Of a DNA stretch of 64,000 nt, positions 33,897-42,853 are shown in pieces. The stretch covers positions 14,096 through 78,095 of the forward strand of contig CAMDNQ010000013.1 in NCBI GenBank assembly GCA_945903265.1. The letters run 5' to 3'. The notes beneath the pieces were generated by a model. The model ran no database searches. It was not told the origin of the DNA and saw only the letters and a program-made list of their open reading frames with translations. A program made the translations under genes and the position numbers. The DNA comes from Candidatus Sulfopaludibacter sp. SbA3 (GTDB taxonomy: Bacteria; Acidobacteriota; Vicinamibacteria; Vicinamibacterales; UBA2999). The first letter of the stretch is position 1. The number at the start of each line of letters is the position of its first letter.

Positions 33897-35243
33897 GTGA
33901 CGGGGGCCGCGCTTGCCGCGCAGACCCCCGTCACGGGTCTTCCCTTCAATACCGCCCGTCCCATCCTCGAGTCCCTCAGGGACGACCTGCGCCCGGCCGA
34001 ATTTCGCGGCCGATCGATCGCCGCGATTGAAGCGGACTGGCCCGCGTGGGTCGAGCGTCGCAACCGCGAGATTCGCGCACGGGTCGAGCAGGGTGACGAA
34101 GACTCCATCATCAATTTCCTCCTGTTCGGCACGACGTTCACGAGCGAGCCGCGATTGACGGAGCAGGACCTCGCCACCGGCTTCGTGAGCCGGCGCCCGA
34201 TCGTCGAACGCCGGATCGCGGATCTTGTCACGGGGGCGGCGGCGCCGGCGGGGAATGGGCGGCTCGAATTCGTGCGCGCCTTCGCTGCGCGGAAGGGGAT
34301 GGACCTGTCGGCGCCTGCAGCGCCGGCCGCGCTCCGGACGTATCTCGACCAGGGCGTCGCGCGAGTGGCGGCGGAGCGCCGGGAACTGGCCGAGCGGGCC
34401 ACGGCGGCGATCGAGCGCGTCCTGACGAATCCCGCAACCGGGTTGCCCGAGGCCGCGACGCTGTACGCGGACCGTGGCCTGGCGTCCGATACCTCACTGT
34501 TCATCGACTTTGCGGTCGATGCGGCACTCGAAGCGCTCAAGGCGAACGCCGTTGTCGCGCCAGGGATGGTCAGGCGCGTGGCGATTGTCGGTCCCGGGCT
34601 CGATTTCGCCGACAAGCGCGAGGGCTACGACTTCTATCCACAGCAGACGATGCAGCCGTTTGCAGTGGCGGATGGACTGCTGCGGCATGGCCTCTCACCA
34701 GGCGGAGGGGCGGCGATTGCGGCGTTTGATGTCAGTCCCCGTATCATCCAGCACCTCGAGACGGCGCGGACGCGCGCGGCGGCAGGGGACGGCTACGTCA
34801 TCCAGTTGGCGCGCGATACAGCGGTCGGATGGAACCCCAACCTGGTGGCGTACTGGAAGCAGTTCGGCGGGCGGATTGCCACGGCCGTCCCCGCGGCGGC
34901 GCCACCCGCCGGCATGCCGGTGGAGATGCGCGCCGTCCGCGTACGGCCCGAGGTCGTGCGCGCGATCGAGCCGCGCGATGTGAACGTCGTCGTCCAGCGC
35001 GCCGGAGAGGCGCCGTTCGACCTCGTCGTGGCGACCAACATCCTGGTCTACTACAACGTCTTCGAGCAGTCGCTCGCGCTGGGGAACATTGCCAGCATGC
35101 TGCGGCCGGGCGGCATCCTGCTCACCAATACTCCGATCTTCCAGCTTCCATCGATTCCGCTCACGCAAGTGGGATTCACTGACGTGCTGTACACAAAGGA
35201 ATCGAGCGGCCGCGATCGCATCTTCTGGTTCCGGCGCGAGTGA
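33897..35243 (+). CDS. two-domain protein: unknown N-terminal domain plus class I SAM-methyltransferase-like C-terminal half
   Basis: The C-terminal blocks are RRVAIVGPGLDF and FDLVVATNILVYYN...MLRPGGILL. A hydrophobic leader (..FVALLLVTGAALAAQ) extends upstream of the annotated GTG, so the true start is uncertain. Confidence 0.7.
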   Translation: MTGAALAAQTPVTGLPFNTARPILESLRDDLRPAEFRGRSIAAIEADWPAWVERRNREIRARVEQGDEDSIINFLLFGTTFTSEPRLTEQDLATGFVSRRPIVERRIADLVTGAAAPAGNGRLEFVRAFAARKGMDLSAPAAPAALRTYLDQGVARVAAERRELAERATAAIERVLTNPATGLPEAATLYADRGLASDTSLFIDFAVDAALEALKANAVVAPGMVRRVAIVGPGLDFADKREGYDFYPQQTMQPFAVADGLLRHGLSPGGGAAIAAFDVSPRIIQHLETARTRAAAGDGYVIQLARDTAVGWNPNLVAYWKQFGGRIATAVPAAAPPAGMPVEMRAVRVRPEVVRAIEPRDVNVVVQRAGEAPFDLVVATNILVYYNVFEQSLALGNIASMLRPGGILLTNTPIFQLPSIPLTQVGFTDVLYTKESSGRDRIFWFRRE

Positions 35244-35246
35244 TGA

Positions 35247-35723
35247 TTGAATATCTCCATGACTGAATCCGCGTTCGTTGCCCCCGCCCGGCGTCTTACG
35301 CTGGCCGGCGCCAAGAAAATGATGCAGACCGCGATCGGCATGGCCGAGAGCGAGCGCATCGCGATTGCCGTGGCCATTGCCGATGCCGGCGGACACCTCG
35401 TCCTCCTCGAGCGGATGGACGGCGGTCGCTTCCACACCGTGCACTCGTCGACCACGAAGGCCGTCTGTTCGTCGTCCAACAAGCGCCCGACCGGCGCGAA
35501 AGGCGCGCAGGCCCAGGCGCTGGATACGGCTCACGCCATCGGACTCGCCCTGGCAGCGGGACCCGAACGATGGACGGCGATGGAAGGCGGCTACCCCATC
35601 ATCGTGGACGGGGAGTGCATCGGCGGGATTGGCGTGTCGGGCGGCAGCTGGGAGTTCGACGATCGTGTCGCGCGCGCGGCTGTGGAAGCGATAGGCGCGA
35701 GCTACGAGATAGACAAGAAATGA
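35247..35723 (+). CDS. GlcG/HbpS-like heme-binding protein (DUF336)
   Basis: The protein is 158 aa with the blocks AVAIADAGGHLVLLERMDG and GGYPIIVDGECIGGIGVSG. Confidence 0.85.
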   Translation: MNISMTESAFVAPARRLTLAGAKKMMQTAIGMAESERIAIAVAIADAGGHLVLLERMDGGRFHTVHSSTTKAVCSSSNKRPTGAKGAQAQALDTAHAIGLALAAGPERWTAMEGGYPIIVDGECIGGIGVSGGSWEFDDRVARAAVEAIGASYEIDKK

Positions 35724-35731
35724 TGTTCACA

Positions 35732-35836
35732 CTTCTGGATTCTGGCTTCTCTGTTCGTGTTCAAGTTCGACGTGGTTCACGGTCAGTGTGGCCTGGCCCC
35801 GAACACCGAACGCGAACATGAACATGAACACGAACC
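35732..35836. repeat. inverted arrays of short-period repeats (TTCTGG/GTTCnn on the left, GAACnn on the right)
   Basis: The left arm is cttctgg attctgg cttctct gttcgt gttcaa gttcga. The right arm is gaacacc gaacgc gaacat gaacat gaacac gaacc. Positions 35753-35768 pair with 35820-35835 at 15 of 16 bases. Confidence 0.6.
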
Positions 35837-35857
35837 GAGCAGTGAGAACGGAGAAGC

Positions 35858-36868
35858 GTGAACGGCCATAGTCCGGTTCGAGTCGCCTGCCTCGGCATGG
35901 GGTGGTGGTCCGACGTGCTGGCCGACGCAATCGTGCGCTCGGGACGGCTGCAGATCGTCTCCTGTTTCACGCGGTCCGACGAGAAGCGGCGCGCGTTTGC
36001 GGCGAAATACGGCTGCGAGCCGGCGGCGAGCTATGAGGCGATGCTCGCCGATCCGAGCATCGAGGCGATCATCAACACGACGCCGAACAACATCCATCTC
36101 GAGACGACACGCGCGGCGGCCCGCGCCGGGAAGCACGTGTTCCTCGACAAGCCGATTGCCAACACCGTGGCCGAAGGACGCGCCCTCACGGAGGCGTGCC
36201 GCTCGGCCGGCGTCATCCTGGCCCTCGGCTATCAGCGGAGGCGGGAGACCCATTTCCGATGGGTGCGCGCACGCATTGACGCCGGTGAGTTCGGCCGCCT
36301 GGTCAACGCGGAAGCGAACATCAGCCGGGATCGCCTGGGCAAGATCGACCTGACGTCGTGGCGCTATCAGGCAGCCGGCATGCCGGGGGGCGTGCTCCTG
36401 CAAATCGGCATTCATTACACCGACGTGCTCGAGTACCTGATGGGACCCGTTGTGGCCGTGACCGGGAGGCTTGCCCAGCTCGTCCTGCCGGGTGACAACC
36501 CCGACGTGGCGAGCGTCGTCCTGGAGCATGAGAGCGGTGCCCTCTCCACCTTGAATGCGAGCTACGCCTCCTCGGGCGAGTACTATCTGCTCAACGTGTA
36601 CGGCAAAGAGGCGACGGCGTTCTACGATCTGCATCAGGGCCTGCGCTACGTGAAGCGCGGAGAGAAGGCGCCGTCTCCGGTGTCCTGCGAGCCGGCCGAT
36701 GCGATCGCGTCGGAGCTCGACGAATTCGCTGCCGCGGTCCGGGGCGAGGGCGCTCCGGAAATGGACGGCGAGAAGAGCACGCGGTCGCTGGCCGTCGTCC
36801 TGGCGGGCATTCGATCCGCACGTGAGGGGCGCCGGGTCGAGGTCAACGAGATGATGGTGGCGGCGTGA
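35858..36868 (+). CDS. Gfo/Idh/MocA family oxidoreductase
   Basis: It has the N-terminal Rossmann VRVACLGMGWW and the FLDKP (EKP-like) motif. The protein is 336 aa. Confidence 0.88.
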   Translation: MNGHSPVRVACLGMGWWSDVLADAIVRSGRLQIVSCFTRSDEKRRAFAAKYGCEPAASYEAMLADPSIEAIINTTPNNIHLETTRAAARAGKHVFLDKPIANTVAEGRALTEACRSAGVILALGYQRRRETHFRWVRARIDAGEFGRLVNAEANISRDRLGKIDLTSWRYQAAGMPGGVLLQIGIHYTDVLEYLMGPVVAVTGRLAQLVLPGDNPDVASVVLEHESGALSTLNASYASSGEYYLLNVYGKEATAFYDLHQGLRYVKRGEKAPSPVSCEPADAIASELDEFAAAVRGEGAPEMDGEKSTRSLAVVLAGIRSAREGRRVEVNEMMVAA

Positions 36869-37794
36869 AACGGATCGTTCTTCTTCTGGCGCTGGCCGCC
36901 TGCGGCACGGCGGTGCACGCGCAGTATCCGCGTCAACCCGTCGAGATGACCGTCCTCTTCGGCGGGTCGAGCGCCACGATCGCGCAGGTGCTCGCGGATG
37001 CGATGGCAAAGGAGCTGGGCGTCTCGGTGGCCGCCGTGAGCCGGACCGGAGCGGGCGGCGCGGTCGGTTATTCCTACGTCAGGTCGAGCGCGCCCAACGG
37101 CTACAACATCGTCTGGAACTCGAATTCCATCAGCACCGTCTTCCATAGCGGCAACATTCCGTTCGATTACCGCGCCTTCGATCCAGTCGCGCGAATCGGC
37201 ATGGAGGTTCCCGCTCTGGCTGTCCGCGCGAACTCGGGGTGGCGGACGCTGAAGGATTTCGCGGCGGCGGCGAAACAGAAACGGATGCGCGTCGGCATTT
37301 CCGGACGCGGATCGTTCGTGCACCTCGTGTCGGCGGCGCTCTTCAGCAAGATGGGGATCGACGTGATCTATGTGCCGTACGGCCAGGGGACCGCGCCGGC
37401 GGAGCTGCTGGGGGGACGCGTCGACGCGGCGCTGCAGTGGCCGAACCAGTTCACGGGACAGGTGAACGCGAAGCAGCTGCGAGTGCTGGCCATCACCGGC
37501 GCGAATCGGATTCCCGTCCTGCCGGAGGCGCTCACGGCGAAGGAGCAGGGATACGACCTGGACCTCGTCATGTGGCGCGGAATCGCGGTCCCGAAGGGCA
37601 CACCGAAGGACACCGTCGCGAAGCTCGAGGCGGCGGCACGCCGCGTCGTGGCGTCGCCGCGTTTCAAGGACGTGAGCCTCAAACTCGGATTCGAACCGGC
37701 GTTCCTGCCGGCAGCCGAGTTCGGCGCCCTCATTGCCCGCGACGACGCCTCGATTGCGGCGCTGATGACGCAGCTGGGCCTGAAGAGAAAGTGA
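36865..37794 (+). CDS. tctC: tripartite tricarboxylate transporter substrate-binding protein (Bug/TctC family)
   Basis: It has a signal peptide, is about 310 aa with Bug-family layout, and is followed by tctB/tctA-like genes. Confidence 0.85.
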   Translation: MKRIVLLLALAACGTAVHAQYPRQPVEMTVLFGGSSATIAQVLADAMAKELGVSVAAVSRTGAGGAVGYSYVRSSAPNGYNIVWNSNSISTVFHSGNIPFDYRAFDPVARIGMEVPALAVRANSGWRTLKDFAAAAKQKRMRVGISGRGSFVHLVSAALFSKMGIDVIYVPYGQGTAPAELLGGRVDAALQWPNQFTGQVNAKQLRVLAITGANRIPVLPEALTAKEQGYDLDLVMWRGIAVPKGTPKDTVAKLEAAARRVVASPRFKDVSLKLGFEPAFLPAAEFGALIARDDASIAALMTQLGLKRK

Positions 37795-37795
37795 C

Positions 37796-38287
37796 GTGAC
37801 GCTCGGGGTCGTCTTGACCCTCCTTGCCCTCGTGTGGCTCTGGCTGGTCAACACCTACATTCCGGCGGTCGCCAGCGAGGGGGAGCCGGGGCCGCGCGCG
37901 CTTCCGTTCCTGCTCGGCATCATCCTCGCGATTCTTGGCGTTGCACTTGCCGCTCAGAAGTACACCGCTCAGAAGTACGTAGGGCGGCTCCCGCCGAGCA
38001 CTAGTGGCGAGGCGCAGGCGGACCCGCCGGCAGGACCGCCAACCACCCGCACCGCATTCGCGACGTTCGGGTTGCTCCTGGCCTACGCCTTCCTTCTCGA
38101 CAAGATCGGTTTCATCTCCGCGACGGCCGCGCTGATGCTCACCGCGATGGCCGGCGTGCTGGGGATGCGGCGCTGGGTATTCATGACCGTGTTCGCGGTG
38201 GCGTTTGCCACCGGCACGTGGCTGGTCTTCAACACACTGCTCGGCATTCCGCTCCCGCGGGATCCTTGGCTGGCGTCGCTCCAGTAG
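37796..38287 (+). CDS. tctB: tripartite tricarboxylate transporter small membrane subunit (TctB-like)
   Basis: The protein is 163 aa with four TM helices and sits between the TctC and TctA genes. Confidence 0.7.
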   Translation: MTLGVVLTLLALVWLWLVNTYIPAVASEGEPGPRALPFLLGIILAILGVALAAQKYTAQKYVGRLPPSTSGEAQADPPAGPPTTRTAFATFGLLLAYAFLLDKIGFISATAALMLTAMAGVLGMRRWVFMTVFAVAFATGTWLVFNTLLGIPLPRDPWLASLQ

Positions 38288-38294
38288 CGCACAC

Positions 38295-39797
38295 GTGGAT
38301 CCGTTCCTCCAGGCTCTCGCCACCGCCACGCAGCCGGCCGTGCTCGCGGCCACGACCGTCGGCGCGATTGTCGGCCTGATCGTGAGCGCCATTCCGGGCC
38401 TGACGTTCTCCATGGCCCTGATCCTGGTGATGCCGTTTACATTCGGCATGGAGCCGGTGCCGGCGATCGCGATGCTGTTCGGCGTCTATTCCGGCGGCAT
38501 GACGGGCGGGGCCGTGTCGGCGGTCCTGATCGGAATCCCGGGAACGCCGTCAGCGGCCGCGACCGTCTTCGACGGATATGCGATGGCGCGGAAGGGCGAG
38601 GCGAGTGTCGCGCTCGGCGCGTCGGTGATTGCCTCGGCATTCGGGGGACTCTTCAGTCTCGGCGTGATGGTGCTGCTCCTGGAGCAGGTGGCGGCGGTCG
38701 CGATCCAGTTCGGCCCGGCTGAAATCTTCGCGCTCGTCCTGTTCGGCCTGTCGACGATCTGTGGCCTGGCCGAACGGTCTCTCCTCCGCGGTCTGACGGC
38801 TGGCGTGCTGGGCCTGATGGTCATGACGATTGGTCTCGACGAGCTTGACGGCGTCGGACGACTCACGTTCGGGACCGTGGAGCTCCAGCAGGGCGTCCAC
38901 ATGCTGGTGGCGATGATCGGCCTCTTCGCCGTCCCGAACGTCATCGAGGCCTTTGCGAACCACGGGCGGGTGACGCGGGAGATCGTCACCGAGGAAGTGC
39001 GTGGCCTGCTGCCGTGGTCGCGCCTGCGTGGCTACTGGGGCCTCATGACGCGCGCGTCCATCATCGGGACGATCATTGGCGCCGTGCCCGGTGGCGGCGG
39101 GCCGATCGCGTCGTTTCTTGCCTACGACCATGCGCGGCGATTCAGCAAGCATCCCGAGGACTACGGACACGGCGAGATCGGCGGCGTGGTTGCCCCCGAA
39201 GCCGCCAACAACGCCGTCATGGGTGGGGCGCTCATTCCGCTCCTGAGCCTGGGGATTCCGGCCGACGCCGCGACCGCGATCATCCTGGGCGGACTCCTGA
39301 TCCACGGCCTGGAGCCGGGCCCGCTGCTGTTCCAGAACAGCCTCGACATCATCTACGCGCTGTATGTGACGGTCATGCTGTCGTGGGTCGTCATCCTGCT
39401 CGCGCAGGTGGTCGGCATCCGCCTGTTCGTGAAAGTGTTGAAGGTGCCTGCGCACCTGCTCGGCGTCTGCATCCTGGTGCTGTGCGGCATCGGCGCGTTT
39501 GCCGCGCGCAATTCGGTGTTCGACGTGTATACGATGGCGCTGTTCGGGCTCGGGGGCTACCTGCTGCAGCGCGTCCGCATTCCGGTGGCGCCGGTCGTCC
39601 TCGGATTGGTGCTCGGTCCGACGCTCGAGCAGCAGTACCGGACAGCGCTGATCCTGAGCGAAGGCAGCCACCGCATTTTCCTGGAGAGCCCCTTCGCGCT
39701 CTCGATGTTTGGCCTGACCGTGCTGTTTGCCGGCTGGCAGATCTGGTCGTCGTTCCGGGCGCGCCGCGGCGCGCCTTCATCCGAGGTGATTTCCTGA
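38295..39797 (+). CDS. tctA: tripartite tricarboxylate transporter large permease (TctA family)
   Basis: The GTG at 38295 comes just after the tctB stop. The roughly 500-aa polytopic protein has TctA-like blocks (GxxxGxxPGxG). The track start at 38205 overlaps tctB. Confidence 0.88.
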   Translation: MDPFLQALATATQPAVLAATTVGAIVGLIVSAIPGLTFSMALILVMPFTFGMEPVPAIAMLFGVYSGGMTGGAVSAVLIGIPGTPSAAATVFDGYAMARKGEASVALGASVIASAFGGLFSLGVMVLLLEQVAAVAIQFGPAEIFALVLFGLSTICGLAERSLLRGLTAGVLGLMVMTIGLDELDGVGRLTFGTVELQQGVHMLVAMIGLFAVPNVIEAFANHGRVTREIVTEEVRGLLPWSRLRGYWGLMTRASIIGTIIGAVPGGGGPIASFLAYDHARRFSKHPEDYGHGEIGGVVAPEAANNAVMGGALIPLLSLGIPADAATAIILGGLLIHGLEPGPLLFQNSLDIIYALYVTVMLSWVVILLAQVVGIRLFVKVLKVPAHLLGVCILVLCGIGAFAARNSVFDVYTMALFGLGGYLLQRVRIPVAPVVLGLVLGPTLEQQYRTALILSEGSHRIFLESPFALSMFGLTVLFAGWQIWSSFRARRGAPSSEVIS

Positions 39798-40774
39798 TGC
39801 AAGCACGTGTCGTGCGGATGGCCGCGCAAGGCGGCCCTGAGGTTCTGAAGATTGAAGACCTGCCAATCGCCGAACCGGCGGCGGGCGAAGCGCTCGTCCG
39901 CCAGACGGTGGTGGGCGTGAATTATCTCGATGTCTACCACCGGTCCGGGTACTACACGCTGCCGGTGCCCTGCAGTGTCGGCAGTGAGGCGGCCGGGGTC
40001 GTCGAACGCGTCGGGCCTGATGTCACCGAGGTGAAGGCGGGCGACCGGGTCGTCTATGCCGGCGGCGCTCCAGGGTCGTACGCCAGTCACCGCAACGTCC
40101 CGGCGGGTCGGCTCGTCGTGATCCCGGAAGGGATCTCGGACGAGACGGCGGCGGCCGTGATGCTGAAGGGCATGACCGCGGAGTACCTCCTCAATCGCTG
40201 CTACCCCCTCAAGGCGGGGGAGCACGCCCTGTTCTACGCAGCCGCAGGCGGTGTCGGTCTGCTGGCCGGGCAATGGGGGAAACATATCGGCGCGCAGATG
40301 ATCGGCGTCGCGGCCGGATCGGACAAGTGCCGCCTGGCACGCGAACATGGCTATAGCGAGGTCATCGACCGCACGAAGGAAAACATCGTCGAGCGGGTGA
40401 AAGCGATCACCGGCGGGGCAGGTGTGCCTGTCGTGTATGACTCGGTGGGGAAGGCGACGTTCGACACGTCGCTCGACAGCCTGAAGCCGCGTGGCTACTT
40501 TGTGTCGTTCGGCACGACGACAGGTGCGCCCCCGCCGATCGAGGCGGGAGTGCTGCAGAAGCACGGCTCGCTCTACTTCACGCGCCCCACACTCGTGACC
40601 TACTGCTCGGCCCGCGAGGATCTCGTGAAGTCCGCGGGCGCCGTATTCGACTTACTGAAGAAGGGCGTGCTCACGGTCCACATCGGCGCGCGCTATCCGC
40701 TGGCGGATGCCGCGCGCGCCCATGCCGATCTCGAAGCAGGGAAGACCGTGGGGTCCTCCCTGCTGATCCCATGA
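39797..40774 (+). CDS. qor: NADPH:quinone oxidoreductase (MDR superfamily)
   Basis: The ATG overlaps the tctA stop (TGATG). It has VGVNYLDVYHRSGYY and the nucleotide motif AAAGGVG. The 586-aa track ORF is a 5' over-extension. Confidence 0.9.
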   Translation: MQARVVRMAAQGGPEVLKIEDLPIAEPAAGEALVRQTVVGVNYLDVYHRSGYYTLPVPCSVGSEAAGVVERVGPDVTEVKAGDRVVYAGGAPGSYASHRNVPAGRLVVIPEGISDETAAAVMLKGMTAEYLLNRCYPLKAGEHALFYAAAGGVGLLAGQWGKHIGAQMIGVAAGSDKCRLAREHGYSEVIDRTKENIVERVKAITGGAGVPVVYDSVGKATFDTSLDSLKPRGYFVSFGTTTGAPPPIEAGVLQKHGSLYFTRPTLVTYCSAREDLVKSAGAVFDLLKKGVLTVHIGARYPLADAARAHADLEAGKTVGSSLLIP

Positions 40775-40775
40775 C

Positions 40776-41849
40776 TTAAGGTGCCGGTTCAACCGTGAAC
40801 GGCGGCAGGTGCGGCAGAAAGATCGGCGGGCGCGTCGGGTAAGCCTGTTCGGTAAAGTTCGTGGTTGAACACGGTGCTGCGCCGCCGCGTCTCGATCGGA
40901 TCGTTACGAATGTGAGGGGGGCTGAGAGATCCGGCGCGTAGACGTCAAAGCCACCGGTTCGCGACAGCACAGACGTGATCGGCAGTGTGTAAGAGGCGTG
41001 ATGCGGCAGGTAGCTTTGGCCGCTGCAGTCATTGGACGTGAACCACAGCGCTTCTCTGGACGTAATCGTATCGCGCTGGATCCGGAGAACGAATACATCC
41101 GAACCGGCGACGATCAGAACGCTTGGATAGAAATATCCGGCTGCGTCGCCGGCGACTCCGATCACCTCGCCAACTTGAGTTCCGGACGCGTCCAGAACCC
41201 GCAGCAACTGCCGGCCTGGAGGTCCCTGGGGACCTTCCGGTCCCTGAGGACCGGTTAAACCATCGGCACCGCGAGGACCGTCTGTGCCATCGGCTCCCTG
41301 GGCGCCAGCCGCACCGTCGACACCATTGGCCCCAGCAGGTCCGGCGGGTCCAACGGGCCCCTGTGCGCCGGTCGCGCCCGCATCACCCTGCGTCCCCTGG
41401 GATCCCTGAACACCCTGCGGACCGGGATCTCCCTGAGGGCCTGTCGCACCCTGCGCGCCCTGAGTTCCTTGCGGACCCTGAGCACCCGCGGCTCCCTGTG
41501 CGCCTGCCGGTCCGGCGGGTCCGGCTGCGCCTTCAGTTCCTTGCGTTCCAGCGGCGCCGGCAGGTCCGGCCGGTCCCTGAGCCCCCGCCGGTCCCGCGGG
41601 TCCTGTCGAACCCTGAGGCCCGGGAGGACCTTGAACGCCCGTCACGTTCCACGCGACTCTGACTTCCGAGTTGCTGCACGCCTGTGCCGGCGTCACCAGT
41701 CGCATCTGTCCGTTGGGGCCAACGCAGACTTCGACCACGCCGTTCGCTCCGAGCGCGAGATTGGCGCCGCCGCCCCGCTGGGCGTACGCCGGTGGCGCGA
41801 ACAGCGCGAAGAGAGAGAGCGCGGTCGCGCCGATGAGTGCGGAACGCAT
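40776..41849 (-). CDS. exported collagen-like triple-helix repeat protein with unknown C-terminal domain
   Basis: The signal peptide is [24 protein letters not shown]. It has about 47 uninterrupted Gly-X-Y triplets followed by a roughly 145-aa non-repetitive, lower-GC C-terminal domain. Confidence 0.85.
   Translation of the reverse strand: MRSALIGATALSLFALFAPPAYAQRGGGANLALGANGVVEVCVGPNGQMRLVTPAQACSNSEVRVAWNVTGVQGPPGPQGSTGPAGPAGAQGPAGPAGAAGTQGTEGAAGPAGPAGAQGAAGAQGPQGTQGAQGATGPQGDPGPQGVQGSQGTQGDAGATGAQGPVGPAGPAGANGVDGAAGAQGADGTDGPRGADGLTGPQGPEGPQGPPGRQLLRVLDASGTQVGEVIGVAGDAAGYFYPSVLIVAGSDVFVLRIQRDTITSREALWFTSNDCSGQSYLPHHASYTLPITSVLSRTGGFDVYAPDLSAPLTFVTIRSRRGGAAPCSTTNFTEQAYPTRPPIFLPHLPPFTVEPAP
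41208..41639 (-). repeat. Gly-X-Y (collagen) coding repeat tract
   Basis: The tract reads [21 protein letters not shown]...[12 protein letters not shown] with no interruption of the Gly periodicity. Confidence 0.9.
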
Positions 41850-41958
41850 GATTACCTCAGTCATGATTATCGGCCGCGAGCCCTGGCGGGCGTTCACATA
41901 TCTGCGTACCAGAGATTTGGGGCTATTATCCGGGCACCATTTCATCCTGGAGGCATTC

Positions 41959-42849
41959 ATGAGACGGCCTGTTCCCGCAGTCGTCGCGTTCATGGCGGCG
42001 GCCATCGTGATACTCCCCCCAACGCGCGTCGCCGAGGCGCAACAGCCGGCGGCTGCCACCGCCGGTGGGTGTCCCGTCGAACCGGCCCGGTTCCATGCCT
42101 GCGCACTTCAGAGGATGAAGACGTTCACTCCGCGGCGTACTGCGGACGGACAGCCGGATCTCCAGGGGCTGTGGAACCGGACGGTCACCTCCCAGGACAT
42201 CGAGGAGCACGGCGCCGACGGCTTGAACATACAGGCCGGTCCGAGTCTCGTGGTGGACACGCCGGATCGCAGGATTCCGTATCAGCCCTGGGCGCTGGCA
42301 TTCAGAAACGCCATGGTCGCCCGCTTCATCTCGCCGCTCGCCGCCTGCTTGCCGCCCGGGCTGCCCAGGCACGTCTATGCGCCGGCCGCCCATCAGATCC
42401 TCCAGACGCGGGAATCCGTCGTGCACATGCTGGAGTACTCACATTCATATCGGGTGATCCCAACCGTCGATCGGCCGCACGTTCCAGCCTCGCTTCGACT
42501 CTGGCAGGGCGATTCGCGCGGCCGATGGGAAGGGAACACCCTGCGCGTCGATGTGACCAACCAGAACGGCCTGACGTGGTTCGACAATGCCGGGAATTTC
42601 GCCAGCGAGGCGCTGCATGTCGTCGAACGGTTCACCCTGCTCGACGCGGACACGATTCACTACGAGGCGCGGCTTGACGATCCGAACGTCTACACCCGGC
42701 CGTTCACCATCGCGTTTGCCCTGGTCCGCAACACCACGCCCGACTTCGAGGTGTGGGAGCAGGCGTGCCATGAGGGAAACCGGAGCGTCGAAGGTATGCT
42801 TGAAGTCGGCCTGAAGCCGTTTCCGGGAGTCAGGCCGCCGCGTCAATAG
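41959..42849 (+). CDS. exported conserved hypothetical protein (family A, paralog of 2588-3394)
   Basis: The start [21 protein letters not shown] follows CTGGAGG. It shares the blocks [24 protein letters not shown] and [28 protein letters not shown]. Confidence 0.75.
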   Translation: MRRPVPAVVAFMAAAIVILPPTRVAEAQQPAAATAGGCPVEPARFHACALQRMKTFTPRRTADGQPDLQGLWNRTVTSQDIEEHGADGLNIQAGPSLVVDTPDRRIPYQPWALAFRNAMVARFISPLAACLPPGLPRHVYAPAAHQILQTRESVVHMLEYSHSYRVIPTVDRPHVPASLRLWQGDSRGRWEGNTLRVDVTNQNGLTWFDNAGNFASEALHVVERFTLLDADTIHYEARLDDPNVYTRPFTIAFALVRNTTPDFEVWEQACHEGNRSVEGMLEVGLKPFPGVRPPRQ

Positions 42850-42853
42850 CTGC

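Noticed and set aside
35753-35836. GAAC/GTTC arrays as LexA (Cheo-box type) SOS operators.
   Set aside because: The Cheo box is GAAC-N4-GTTC. Here the half-sites are tandem in one orientation per arm (GTTCnnGTTC and GAACnnGAAC) and the arms are separated by tens of nt. No SOS gene is adjacent.
35247-40774. GlcG-like protein, Gfo/Idh/MocA, tctCBA and qor as a novel system.
   Set aside because: All components belong to well-known families, and such catabolic or transport operons are common. Only the repeat-rich leader (35732-35836) seemed worth reporting.
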